Both the position numbers and the translations under genes were made by a program. Positions 8,949-18,903 of a DNA stretch of 64,000 nt are shown in pieces. Source of the stretch: an uncultured Candidatus Saccharibacteria bacterium (GTDB lineage Bacteria; Patescibacteriota; Minisyncoccia; JACQLN01); the NCBI GenBank assembly GCA_964365305.1, contig CAYIPG010000001.1, forward strand, positions 2,214 through 66,213. Direction: 5' to 3'. Below the pieces are notes generated by a model. It had not been told where the DNA came from, ran no database searches, and was given only the letters and a program-made list of their open reading frames with translations. Numbering within the stretch: position 1 is the first letter of the stretch; each line of letters begins with the position of its first letter.

Positions 8949-10207
8949 AAAGATAGAGTATTAAAAGATTTTTGCGGATCTGGATTTACACTCGCTAAAA
9001 TATCGGCAATTTTATTTCCAGCGTTGCCGTTGCCAAACATGGTATTACGGGGATACTTTCCAATTTTCAACTGGCGCTTAACCGCTGTTATAATTTCGCT
9101 TGAATCCATTTTTGTTTCAATAACATTATCTCCACGCTCCCGACTGTTTTGACGAGAACCGACTAGCACCACCGGCGTGCCAAAATAAGCCCCTTCTCTT
9201 ATAAAACTAGATGAATTGCCGATAGCGCAAGAGGACTTATTCAAAAGTCTATAAAAATCATCGGGCGGCAAGTGTTTGGTGAAAAAAACTTTAAACTTCT
9301 TTTCTTGATTGGCCCACTCCTTGATTATTCTGCCAAGTTCAGCCGAACCGGCGTCTATGTTTGAGCCCAACAGAACAACATTCATACCTAGTTCGTCCAA
9401 CGACCTTATCAAAACATTGGCCATTGTTTTATTTTCCTCTTTAGAAGCGGTGGTCACTGGATGCATAAGAACCAATAAAAAATTTTCACCTACTTTATCA
9501 ATAATATCAATATCCGAGACGGTGTTTTTATTTAATCGACAAACGGCGTCTATCGCCGGCGAGCCGACATTAAAAACAAATTCGGGATTCTCGCCCATTT
9601 GAATCACCCGTTTTCGGCTGGCTTCGGTGGAAGTAAAATGGAGATGAGCTAATTTAGTAATGGCATGGCGAACGCTTTCGTCCAAAGTGCCGCTTAAATC
9701 GCCGCCTTCGTTGTGGGCTATGGGCACATTAAGATAAGAAGCCGCAACCGCCACCGCTATCATTTCAAAGCGGTCGGCGTTTACAAAAACGATATCCGGT
9801 TTTAATTGTTTGAGTTTGTCCACCAATTTTATAATTCCCAATCCGGCCGACTTGGCCATGGTTTCTGAATTGCCGCCATCCAGAAAAAAAGAAACATAAC
9901 CGTTTACACTAAAACCGTCTTTCAATAAACTTTTTGCCAAAAAATCATTTTTAAGAACATAATCTTTTCCCAGAAACGATCTAAGGCGCCCCAAAACATA
10001 CCATGGCAACGCTAAAAGCCACGATCGGGGCCGACTATGTTTGATATTGGCAAAAAAATTGTCGTAGGCCGCCGGCACGCCCACGATTATTTGAAGTTCC
10101 AAACCCGGATGATTTTTAATAGCGCTAAGAACCGTTCTTAAGCGGCCATAATGCGCTCGGTTAAAAATCGGCACCAGGATTTTTCTTTTCCCGACCAATG
10201 TTGTCAT
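8945..10207 (-). CDS. UDP-N-acetylglucosamine 2-epimerase, hydrolysing type (NeuC-like).
   Basis: 420 aa. IAHNEGGD...RHAITKLAHLHF...GSPAIDA pattern of Epimerase_2 / NeuC-type enzymes. Confidence 0.75.
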   Translation of the reverse strand: MTTLVGKRKILVPIFNRAHYGRLRTVLSAIKNHPGLELQIIVGVPAAYDNFFANIKHSRPRSWLLALPWYVLGRLRSFLGKDYVLKNDFLAKSLLKDGFSVNGYVSFFLDGGNSETMAKSAGLGIIKLVDKLKQLKPDIVFVNADRFEMIAVAVAASYLNVPIAHNEGGDLSGTLDESVRHAITKLAHLHFTSTEASRKRVIQMGENPEFVFNVGSPAIDAVCRLNKNTVSDIDIIDKVGENFLLVLMHPVTTASKEENKTMANVLIRSLDELGMNVVLLGSNIDAGSAELGRIIKEWANQEKKFKVFFTKHLPPDDFYRLLNKSSCAIGNSSSFIREGAYFGTPVVLVGSRQNSRERGDNVIETKMDSSEIITAVKRQLKIGKYPRNTMFGNGNAGNKIADILASVNPDPQKSFNTLSL

Positions 10208-11313
10208 GATATAAATTCAACCGGAATCGGTTCGCCTTTCTTTAAGTCCGCCGCGGCTTTTTGGCCCAAAATCTCTTCGTATTTTTCCGATGGCAAACCG
10301 GCCAGATAGGCCTGCGGCCGCATCGCCCATAATTTTTCGGAACTGATAACTTCCCCTTTTTTAATATCACAAGCGGCCGCTAAGGTTTTTCTAAAAAACG
10401 GCCGAAATTGTTCCTCGCCGCTTTGCAAAATTTTATCGACTTGTCCCAGGCCGGCTTTTACAACTTCTTTGTTTAGATATTCTTCTTTCAGGCGCGGATC
10501 TGTTTCTATTTTCCTGACACCATCAACCAAAAACTTCAACTCATCCGGCGTCAGGGCAACTTTATGATCCGAACCCCACAGATCGCGGCTTAGCGAAAAA
10601 TGTTTTTCTATTATAGTGGCGCCCAAAGCCACCGACGCCAAAGCCGAATCAATGCCAATAGAGTGATCCGAAAAACCAACCGGAACATTGTATCTTTGTT
10701 TAAAAAATTCCACAGTGCGTAAATTCAAATCCTCGGTGGGGCAGGGATATTTTGAAACGCAGTGCATCAAAGCCAATGGGGTGCCGCGCCGTTTTAAAAA
10801 ATCAACCGAATTGTCAACTTCTGCCAAAGTGCTCATACCGCCCGAAATTATTATGGGCTTTTTTGTTGAAGCCAAATAATCCAGCATCACAAAATCCAAA
10901 ATATCGCCCGAGCCGACTTTCCATAATTCCACGCCCACTTCTTCGTTCAAAAGTTTAGCCGCGCCGCGAGTCATCGGCGTGGAAAAAAATAAAATGCCGA
11001 TTTCGTCGCAATATTTTTTTAATTCCCGCCAAAACCAAACCGGCGTGGCCAAAGTATTGCGCTTGACCCAGTTGTATCGGTCGGCGCCCTTAAAATGCGG
11101 CGCGACCACACTGATGTTGGCCTGTTCATCCTCTACGGTGTGGGTTTGAAATTTAACGGCGTCGGCCCCGGCTTCTTTAGCCAATTTCGCCAATTCTTTA
11201 GCATTCCGCAGATATGTTTCAACCGTCTGATCCGCTTCCGTTTGAATAAACCCCTTGCCCACTTCGGCCACCACCAATACGCCTTTAGAAATTTTGTCCC
11301 AAAAATTGCTCAT
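10204..11313 (-). CDS. N-acylneuraminate (nonulosonic acid) synthase, NeuB family, with a C-terminal SAF domain.
   Basis: VKFQTH, HCVSKYPCP, GFSDHS and EKHF motifs, with a C-terminal KKGEVISSEKLWAMRP antifreeze-like SAF domain. Confidence 0.8.
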   Translation of the reverse strand: MSNFWDKISKGVLVVAEVGKGFIQTEADQTVETYLRNAKELAKLAKEAGADAVKFQTHTVEDEQANISVVAPHFKGADRYNWVKRNTLATPVWFWRELKKYCDEIGILFFSTPMTRGAAKLLNEEVGVELWKVGSGDILDFVMLDYLASTKKPIIISGGMSTLAEVDNSVDFLKRRGTPLALMHCVSKYPCPTEDLNLRTVEFFKQRYNVPVGFSDHSIGIDSALASVALGATIIEKHFSLSRDLWGSDHKVALTPDELKFLVDGVRKIETDPRLKEEYLNKEVVKAGLGQVDKILQSGEEQFRPFFRKTLAAACDIKKGEVISSEKLWAMRPQAYLAGLPSEKYEEILGQKAAADLKKGEPIPVEFIS

Positions 11314-12281
11314 GATATTTTTTTATCTTCCCAATTATAAACCCAGTCGTTATTTATCAAACTGGCGAAGCGGCCGCGATAATAATCGCGGTTCAACATT
11401 TCAGTATGAGTCATCTCCCTTTGGGGCAAACCGACCATTTCTTTCCAATCAGGAATTTCTTTTTCAACTATATTTTTTTGTTCCTCTTTTGATAATTTAG
11501 CAAAATCGGATAAGTCCTTTAACAACTCCGGCGTTATGGAAACCGGACCGTCCTTGGTTTTATCGGCCGGCAGAATCGTAAAATGCCTTTCAATATAATC
11601 CGCCCCTAACATTATCGCCGCTTTGGATACCTTAATACCATCGCGAGAAATCAGAGTATGGTCCGACCAACCAATGCGGGGAGTAAATTGACGCAACCAA
11701 TCCAGACGAGCTAAGTTAGCCATGGCCAGAGTATTGGGATAATTGGTAACGCAGTGTAAAAAAACAAAGTCCTTATTTTTTGATTTTAAGATCTCGGCGG
11801 TTTTTTTAATTTCCTCGTCAAACGAAGCGCCGGTGGAAATTATCAAATTATCAAAATTATCCGATAGTTCCGAAACCATAGCATGACTGCCGCAATCATA
11901 ACTGGCCACCTTAACCATTTTTTGACTGGCGTAGGGCAAAGCAGCGGCCAATGGAATTCTGTTTCTGGAAAAAACTGTAAGCATCGGCGCTACACCGACT
12001 TTATTGCATTCGTCCACAAAAAACTTGTAGTCATCTGCCGTTAAATCAACACCCCGCAATCTTTCCAGTTCGGCCTGATATGGCCGCTTGATAGTTGTGC
12101 GAACACCGTTGTTTTCTTCGTGGCCTTCTTCAAACCGTTCGCGGCAAGTTAGATCCTCCGAGAATATAATTTGCCCCTTAACAATATCGGCGCCGTTTTC
12201 TTTAGCGGCATAAATCATATCTCTCAAAATTTGACGGTCGCCGTTGTGATTTTGGCAAATTTCAACGATTATTTTAGGCAT
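11310..12281 (-). CDS. Second NeuB-family (PEP-sugar aldolase) paralog, shorter and without a clear SAF domain.
   Basis: IVEICQNHNGD, HCVTNYP, GWSDHT and ERHFT motifs of the NeuB fold. Overlaps the downstream NeuB by 4 nt. Confidence 0.65.
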   Translation of the reverse strand: MPKIIVEICQNHNGDRQILRDMIYAAKENGADIVKGQIIFSEDLTCRERFEEGHEENNGVRTTIKRPYQAELERLRGVDLTADDYKFFVDECNKVGVAPMLTVFSRNRIPLAAALPYASQKMVKVASYDCGSHAMVSELSDNFDNLIISTGASFDEEIKKTAEILKSKNKDFVFLHCVTNYPNTLAMANLARLDWLRQFTPRIGWSDHTLISRDGIKVSKAAIMLGADYIERHFTILPADKTKDGPVSITPELLKDLSDFAKLSKEEQKNIVEKEIPDWKEMVGLPQREMTHTEMLNRDYYRGRFASLINNDWVYNWEDKKIS

Positions 12282-12482
12282 GTAATTCTACTTTTTTTGT
12301 ATAATAATATAACCCTAAAACTAGCAAATTTGTATCCGCTAGGCAAACCCCGTAAAGCAACTTTGGCCAATCAAAATAGCTGCGCTAATGGTGATATAAT
12401 GTCTATTAAAAAATAAGATTTTCCAAGATATAATAGTCCTAATGAAGTTTGATTGAGAAAGCAGCTGCCAAAGTTGTCTGAC

Positions 12483-12530
12483 GGGGCAAACAAAAAACCG
12501 CCCCGGGCTGTTGGCGAGGGGCGGGTTAAG
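12483..12530 (-). terminator. Rho-independent terminator for the 12542-13723 gene.
   Basis: GC-rich stem aaccgcccc / ggggcgggtt (12496-12527, one bulged G). On the minus strand it is followed by TTTTGTTTG. Confidence 0.5.
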
Positions 12531-12541
12531 AAAATCCAAGG

Positions 12542-13723
12542 CTAAGCCTTGGATGTAAGTTTTTCGGCTATCAACTTAGCTGCGTAACGATTGCCGTCTA
12601 AAGTCCCAAATTTTTCTAATAGTTCCTGATTGAACGCGCGGATGGCTGGTTTCATTTTTTCTGCCTCTGCGATCATTTCCCCCAGACCTTGGCCGCGATA
12701 CACAATGCCCAAGCCCAGTTTTTCAACACAGCGATTGTTAAAATAAATTTCGGGATCATCCTTGGGATCAAAATCAGGCACCACTAAGGGCGTTCCGGAA
12801 AGTTGCGACAACCAAACCGAGCCCCAGCCCGAACGGGCAAACTGGAAAATTATTTTGGGGTTGGAAACAACATGCGGCAAAAGTTTTTCCGACCCCGGCA
12901 CTGTTTTGGGATCGTTGCTGTAAATTTTTAAGCCCAATTGTTCGGCTTCTTTATACAACCGCTCCAAACCGGGAATGCCGGTTATGGTCACATAGATGCC
13001 TTCGGCAATATCGTCGTTGTTTGGAACTGGGGGATAAATCGTTGGCGGGATCAAAACCTCTTTAGGATAGGGCTGACGATTGGCCATATAAGAAAAAGTT
13101 CCGGGATGAGCCAAACCGATAAATTGGTATTGGGATTCAATTTCTTCGGCCAGCGGAATGACTCTTTTAACCAATTCCCGATCTACCGCAATTTCCTCTT
13201 TGGAAATAGTCAGAGTATTTTTCAATATTTCGGAAATATGCCCAAAACTAACCCCGAAACAAACCGACAGACCATATTTGACCCGGCCGGAGCGGGAAAG
13301 TTCTAAAACAATATCCCCGCCCGAAACAACTTTTTTATGGCCAGCCAAATCCTCTACTTCAATTTCTCCTTTTAAGTAGTCAGTGGCCGCCGAATTAACT
13401 TCGTTAAATTTGTCGGCCCAGATTTCCAACGCTTGCTGATAGGTATTATCGCCGTAAAAAATGGTTTTTAAAATTTCTCCCAACCGAGAGCACAACAATA
13501 TCTCGCCGGGATATTGTTGATTGGCGGCGCTAAACTCCTCCAGCATAATCCGCTTTTGTTTTTCGCCATAAACCCACGGCGCGATAATGCCAAAGCGTTC
13601 CCGACCCTGCGATTCCAACTCCTCATTGATGGCCAAAACCAGTTCGGTGGTTCTTAAATACGGCCCGGTGCCATAAGCAAAATTGGTGACAATAAACTTA
13701 TTTATTCTTGAAACCTTTTTCAT
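12542..13723 (-). CDS. Hypothetical protein; the C-terminal region resembles the GT-B nucleotide-sugar-binding half (MurG/PseG-like).
   Basis: 393 aa. The segment ARSGWGSVWLSQLSGTPLVVPDFDPKDDPEIYFNNRCVEKLGLGIV resembles the G-rich loop plus acidic motif of MurG/UDP-glycosyltransferase C-terminal domains. No other motif was recognised. Confidence 0.3.
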   Translation of the reverse strand: MKKVSRINKFIVTNFAYGTGPYLRTTELVLAINEELESQGRERFGIIAPWVYGEKQKRIMLEEFSAANQQYPGEILLCSRLGEILKTIFYGDNTYQQALEIWADKFNEVNSAATDYLKGEIEVEDLAGHKKVVSGGDIVLELSRSGRVKYGLSVCFGVSFGHISEILKNTLTISKEEIAVDRELVKRVIPLAEEIESQYQFIGLAHPGTFSYMANRQPYPKEVLIPPTIYPPVPNNDDIAEGIYVTITGIPGLERLYKEAEQLGLKIYSNDPKTVPGSEKLLPHVVSNPKIIFQFARSGWGSVWLSQLSGTPLVVPDFDPKDDPEIYFNNRCVEKLGLGIVYRGQGLGEMIAEAEKMKPAIRAFNQELLEKFGTLDGNRYAAKLIAEKLTSKA

Positions 13724-13806
13724 ATGAATTGAATACAGATTGACCCATTTAAAACACTTATATATACTAACTGCAAACCCAAATTTTAATCAAGAAAAAT
13801 TGTTAA

Positions 13807-14589
13807 ATGAACCAGCGAGAATATTATAATCTTTATAAAGTTGAAAAATTTTATTGGTGGTTCGTCGGCCGGCGATTTATCATAAAAAACATAATAAATA
13901 AATATATCTCCAAAACAACCTGCCTTAGAATTCTTGATTATGGTTCTGGAACAGGCGGTAATTTTTCTTTACTAAATGAGTTTGGTAATACGGTCGGCGC
14001 AGAGGTGTCAACTGTGGCAATAGAACTTTCAAAACAAAACTTTCCTAGTAATAAAGTTTACACAATAAATAAGGATCAAGCATTGCCATTTCCAGACAAC
14101 CACTTTGATTTGATAACACTATTGGATGTTTTAGAACATGTTAAAGATGACATAAAATTACTAAGCGAAATAAAAAGACACTTAAAGCCAAATGGAAACA
14201 TGTTAATAACTGTGCCGGCTTACCAATTTTTGTGGTCGGAACATGATGAGGCCTTAGGCCATTTCAGAAGGTACACCTTAAAAAATCTAACTAAAAAACT
14301 AGAAACTACTGGTTTCAAAGTTACCTACGCCACTTATACTATGTCTCTATTGTTTCCCCTAATGGTGTTTTACAGATTAATCCAGCAGTTAGTCAGTAAA
14401 AGTAAATCAACAGCACTTTTACACCCCACGGTTTCTTACCTCAATATTCCTACGCCTGTGAATTACCTATTAGTATCCATACTAAAACTGGAATCCTTGC
14501 TACTAGGGATTATGAAATTTCCTTTTGGGATGTCAGTTGCAATTTTAGCCCAAACACATAATGAACTGTCCAATTTGCCGCAGCGTTAA
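13807..14589 (+). CDS. Class I SAM-dependent methyltransferase.
   Basis: ILDYGSGTGGN motif I and LLDVLEHV motif; 260 aa. Confidence 0.7.
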   Translation: MNQREYYNLYKVEKFYWWFVGRRFIIKNIINKYISKTTCLRILDYGSGTGGNFSLLNEFGNTVGAEVSTVAIELSKQNFPSNKVYTINKDQALPFPDNHFDLITLLDVLEHVKDDIKLLSEIKRHLKPNGNMLITVPAYQFLWSEHDEALGHFRRYTLKNLTKKLETTGFKVTYATYTMSLLFPLMVFYRLIQQLVSKSKSTALLHPTVSYLNIPTPVNYLLVSILKLESLLLGIMKFPFGMSVAILAQTHNELSNLPQR

Positions 14590-15445
14590 AATAAGCAAAA
14601 AAAACCACATCCGCTATCGTAATTTATCAATCTGCCGACAATGCGGGGTTGTTTTTGTTTATCCTCAACCCCATAAAAAATCTATCGCCCAATTATACGA
14701 TTCTTCTTACTTTAAAAACGACCAATCACACCTGTGCGGGTATGAAAACTATGAAAAAGACAGAAAACTTATAATTAAAACGGCTCACCGACGATTAGAA
14801 TTTATAGAAAAAAACTGCCAACTCCGAGGTAAATTATTAGACATCGGTTGTTCTATGGGCTTCTTTCTAAAAGCAGCGGAGGATCGGGGCTGGAAAGTGC
14901 GCGGCATTGATATCTCAGAAAACGCTATAACAACCGCCCAAAAAGAGTTGATAGGTAAAGTCGCGGCAACCACTTTAGAAAAATCCAGCTTCCCCGACAA
15001 CCACTTCAACATAATCACGCTTTGGGATACTTTAGAACATGTCCCCGATCCAGTCCAAACAATATCTCAATGCTACCGCATTCTGAAACCTGGCGGGTGT
15101 TTGGTTCTGACCGTTCCCGCTATAAACAGCTGGCCTGCCAAAATAATGGGTACTAACTGGATGGGTTACAAAGACGAACATCTGTTCTATTTCACCAGTC
15201 GTTCCTTAAAAATACTTCTGTCTCAAGCTGGGTTTGAGGTAAAAAAAATCCGATATACCGGCAAGTATATTTATCTCAACATGTTCACTAAAAGATTATC
15301 TTTGTATAGTGTTCCTATGGCGGCTATTATACAAAAACTTATTAACCTCCTAAGATTAAACACTCACAGTATCTACATAAACCCATTGGATATTGTAATG
15401 GTCATGTCTCAAAAACAAATGCACACCGATAATCATTTGCAATAA
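14561..15445 (+). CDS. Class I SAM-dependent methyltransferase with an N-terminal Cys4 zinc-ribbon.
   Basis: CPICRS...CRQCG zinc-ribbon, then LLDIGCSMGFFL motif I and LWDTLEHV. Overlaps the previous methyltransferase by 29 nt. Confidence 0.65.
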   Translation: MNCPICRSVKISKKNHIRYRNLSICRQCGVVFVYPQPHKKSIAQLYDSSYFKNDQSHLCGYENYEKDRKLIIKTAHRRLEFIEKNCQLRGKLLDIGCSMGFFLKAAEDRGWKVRGIDISENAITTAQKELIGKVAATTLEKSSFPDNHFNIITLWDTLEHVPDPVQTISQCYRILKPGGCLVLTVPAINSWPAKIMGTNWMGYKDEHLFYFTSRSLKILLSQAGFEVKKIRYTGKYIYLNMFTKRLSLYSVPMAAIIQKLINLLRLNTHSIYINPLDIVMVMSQKQMHTDNHLQ

Positions 15446-15465
15446 AAAAACCTTCAGCCAAAAAA

Positions 15466-17868
15466 TCATCTAAAAAAATTGAGATCCGGCAAATAGTATG
15501 AATATTTAAAATCAACAATATGCTCACCCGGCGGAATAAAAACACCCATATAAACTGTGTTAACCTCATATATTTTTGCCTCTTTACCATCCACAAAAGC
15601 TTTCCAGCCGGGATAATTATTTTGAGAAAATATTAAAAACTGGTTATCGGCAGAATCTGTTTTGACTTTAAATAAAGTATTTTTCTTTTCCTGTAATTCA
15701 ATATTCCCCATCGCCGAAAAAACAGTAGAGTCACAATCGGCGCATTTTACAAAAATAGGATTTTCTTCCCCCGCCAATCCAGATTCTATGAAGTTTTGAA
15801 AAATATTATCATTATTCGCGCCGAAACCATTGATTTTTTTAACAAAATAAAACGTGGGTTTAGCGTCGCTGTTATCATATATTGATAATCCAACGGTTTC
15901 CCCAGTCTTCTTGCTTTGAACAAATGGTAAAATAAATGCCCGGCCCAGACCAAGGGGGCTAAAATCAACACTGCTAAGTATATAACGGACTCCCAGAAAA
16001 TTAAATATAAACAGACGCTTTTTTAGAATTTTTATCTTTTCATCAACAGCTATAGGCGCGGTGGCTAAATCGTAAGAAACAACCGAGGATAATCCGGAAT
16101 CCATTTCAAAAGATTTTATATCTTCTTTGGGATAGGGTGAAACAAAAAGTTCCCCGGACGGAACAAGAATCATCTTCCATAACCGACTAGTATTAAAACT
16201 AAGAAGCTTCTCATAATAACCGCCACTGTCTAATCCGTAAAAAAGATTCAAATTGGGTTTAATCCATAAAGTATTATTTTTTTCTTTTCTGATCTCATCA
16301 CCTCCCTCAGCTAACTGTTTATCTAATTCTTCGGGAAACAAAGTTATATAGCGCCCGGGATTTGCCCGCAAAAACCCTACGTTGGACAGTTCTTTGTATT
16401 TGTAAGATATGGGGTCATTCACATCAAACGAAAAAGCAGAAACCAAGACAAAATCAAAAACGGTAATAAAAATCAAAACCAGCAAGGGCAACCTGCTGTA
16501 TTTCTCTCCGTATAAAAACTTCATAGACAAATATCCTATAACCAAAAACAAAAAAGGAATCAGCATTTTCCCATAAACCACTACATTATTAAAATCCTTG
16601 ATGTACTTTATTCTAAAATAAAAAACAAACGCCAGTGTGACCAGAATGGCGCTAATCCCAATGACAGATAAAAGAATAAGTGCTGACTTCTTTTCGGGTT
16701 GTGATTCTTTTTTAATAAAAAAATCGGCAGCCAATCCTATTAGAATCGCTGAAGCAAAAGATCCTATTAGCATAAACCGGCTGGGAACTCTAAAAGCGTT
16801 AAGAATCGGGATTTTCGTTATTATCCAAAATAAGGGTGAATATTTAAGACCGATCGCAAGGGATGCCAAAAACAGCCACCGAAAAAATCTTAGAAAGGGA
16901 ACTCTGATAAAAAAAGAGGCTGCCAAAAACAAGAATGGAATGGCGCCCACATATAAGGACTCTTCAGACCCTTGGGTCGCGTTATCACGAGAAATATAAA
17001 TCGGCAGATCGGAATAGAAATCTGGGAGGAAAAAACGAGGCAGATCTACCGGACGAATTGAGTGCTCGGAAAGAAGATTATAAGGTATAGGCATCCCCCG
17101 TGAAGACATCTGCGCCACCCAGAAAGTTGGCCAGATTTGAACAGCCCCAATCATAATACCGACGATATTTATCAAAACAAAACTGAATAAAATCCTCTTT
17201 CTTTTTTCAGTATTTTTAATAGCCAAATAAATTGCAAAAAATCCAGCCGCGATAATTATCCAGAGAACAAAATGGGGCGTTATTGACAACCAACTTAAAC
17301 CTATTGCCAAGCCACCCCAAAAAACATACCACCGTGGACGCTCGGATTTATTTATTTTTAAAATTATTAGAAACAGCAGGGGTAAAAGAACTAATGAGTA
17401 AGCAACAGATGTTATGTGGCCAAAAAAGTATTGTTCACTGATAACAAAACTAAGACCACCAATAATAGAAGCATGGATGCCAAGTCCCAGTTCTTTTAAA
17501 AATAGAATAGTAAAAAATAGAGCAAAAACAGATGATAAGAAAATGAGCCAGTAGAAAGCCACCGTAGCAGAAAAAAAGATTATAAAAATCCAGTGTAGTG
17601 GAAAGAAAAAACCGCCTAAACTTGCGTAAATAGGAAACCCGCCAGCATTTTGAGGATTCCATAACATGCCAGAAAAAATATTCTCCTTCAAAAAATTCAG
17701 GTAAGGAATATTAAAAAGTAACGGATCACCACCTATTACCTTATCGGAAAATAAAAAAGGCCAATAGACCAGCATCATAATAAAAACAGATGCCGTCAAA
17801 CTACCCCACCATTTTTGCAAAAAATCCTCTAAAAACTTCATAGGTCGTCCTATTAGTTTATACACCAC
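15466..17868 (-). CDS. Large polytopic membrane protein, YfhO-like (putative extracytoplasmic GT-C-type glycosyltransferase).
   Basis: 800 aa. More than 12 TM helices over about 480 aa, followed by a large soluble C-terminal domain, which is the YfhO-family architecture. No sequence motif was confidently matched. Confidence 0.4.
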   Translation of the reverse strand: MVYKLIGRPMKFLEDFLQKWWGSLTASVFIMMLVYWPFLFSDKVIGGDPLLFNIPYLNFLKENIFSGMLWNPQNAGGFPIYASLGGFFFPLHWIFIIFFSATVAFYWLIFLSSVFALFFTILFLKELGLGIHASIIGGLSFVISEQYFFGHITSVAYSLVLLPLLFLIILKINKSERPRWYVFWGGLAIGLSWLSITPHFVLWIIIAAGFFAIYLAIKNTEKRKRILFSFVLINIVGIMIGAVQIWPTFWVAQMSSRGMPIPYNLLSEHSIRPVDLPRFFLPDFYSDLPIYISRDNATQGSEESLYVGAIPFLFLAASFFIRVPFLRFFRWLFLASLAIGLKYSPLFWIITKIPILNAFRVPSRFMLIGSFASAILIGLAADFFIKKESQPEKKSALILLSVIGISAILVTLAFVFYFRIKYIKDFNNVVVYGKMLIPFLFLVIGYLSMKFLYGEKYSRLPLLVLIFITVFDFVLVSAFSFDVNDPISYKYKELSNVGFLRANPGRYITLFPEELDKQLAEGGDEIRKEKNNTLWIKPNLNLFYGLDSGGYYEKLLSFNTSRLWKMILVPSGELFVSPYPKEDIKSFEMDSGLSSVVSYDLATAPIAVDEKIKILKKRLFIFNFLGVRYILSSVDFSPLGLGRAFILPFVQSKKTGETVGLSIYDNSDAKPTFYFVKKINGFGANNDNIFQNFIESGLAGEENPIFVKCADCDSTVFSAMGNIELQEKKNTLFKVKTDSADNQFLIFSQNNYPGWKAFVDGKEAKIYEVNTVYMGVFIPPGEHIVDFKYSYYLPDLNFFR

Positions 17869-17943
17869 TATTATATATCACTGCTACGATAGAAAAATCA
17901 AAGGAATATGGTAATTAATGAGCGTAAGGAAATAATTTTATAT

Positions 17944-18903
17944 CTATTTTTTTAGAAAATTAAAAACCGATTCAGCAATAAAATCTTGAGTAACTGCCAT
18001 CGCCTCATAAGTAGCGCCGCCGATATGGGGCGCGATGATTAAATTCTGATGAGTTTTGGTATATTTCCAAAGCTGGTCTTTTTTTAGATGACTACCATCA
18101 CTGCGTTCATCCCACATTACATCTATGCCCGCGCCGGCGATCCGTTTGTTTTTTAAGGCGTTATATAAAACATTTTTTTCTATCAACTCTGCCCGAGCGG
18201 TGTTTATCAAATAAGCCGATGGTTTCATGGAACGCAAATGTTTTTCTTTTATTAAATTTTGGGTTTGATCGGTTAGTAAAACATGAAGTGAAACAATATC
18301 TGATCTCTTAAATAGTCCATCCATATTAATCTTGACCACGCCCCGCGATTTCATAAACTTCTCTGAAACATTGGGGTCGCAGGCCATAACTTTCATATTA
18401 AAGGCCTTGGCGTAGCGAGCCATAATTTTGCCTAAACGACCGAAACCCAAAAGACCGACGCTTTTCCCTAAAAGTTGGTGCCCGCTCCAACTGGAACTGT
18501 TCCAACCACCTAATTTAACATCATCAAAAGCCGCGGGAATATTTCTAAGCAAAGATATTATCAATCCGAAAGTTAATTCGGCCGTTGAGGGAATATTTTT
18601 TAAAAAACTTTTTTGTCCGCGTAAAGAAATTATTTTTACGCCCTTAGCTTTGGCGTATTTTGTATCAATATGGTTAAGACCTGTGGTGGAAGTGGCGATA
18701 ATTTTTAGATTAGACATCTTGGCCATCAGTTCGCCGGAAACAGTAAGGCCAAGGCGCACAACCAAAATATTAATTTGAGGAAAAATTTTATTTTTTTCTT
18801 TAGAGCTTAAATTCTCCAAAAAATAAATCGACCCTAGTTTTTTATAAATAGCTAGGGCCTTAGACGAATAATTACTTTCGGCAATCAATATTTTTAATTT
18901 CAT
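17944..18903 (-). CDS. D-isomer-specific 2-hydroxyacid dehydrogenase family (NAD-binding).
   Basis: GLLGFGRLGKIMARYAKAFNMKV (GxGxxG) and the C-terminal HIGGAT motif typical of the family. Confidence 0.75.
   Translation of the reverse strand: MKLKILIAESNYSSKALAIYKKLGSIYFLENLSSKEKNKIFPQINILVVRLGLTVSGELMAKMSNLKIIATSTTGLNHIDTKYAKAKGVKIISLRGQKSFLKNIPSTAELTFGLIISLLRNIPAAFDDVKLGGWNSSSWSGHQLLGKSVGLLGFGRLGKIMARYAKAFNMKVMACDPNVSEKFMKSRGVVKINMDGLFKRSDIVSLHVLLTDQTQNLIKEKHLRSMKPSAYLINTARAELIEKNVLYNALKNKRIAGAGIDVMWDERSDGSHLKKDQLWKYTKTHQNLIIAPHIGGATYEAMAVTQDFIAESVFNFLKK

Noticed and set aside
12339-12539. 66-aa minus-strand ORF in the NeuB-upstream intergenic region.
   Set aside because: It overlaps the terminator hairpin, has no RBS-like context and no motif. 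It is more likely non-coding.
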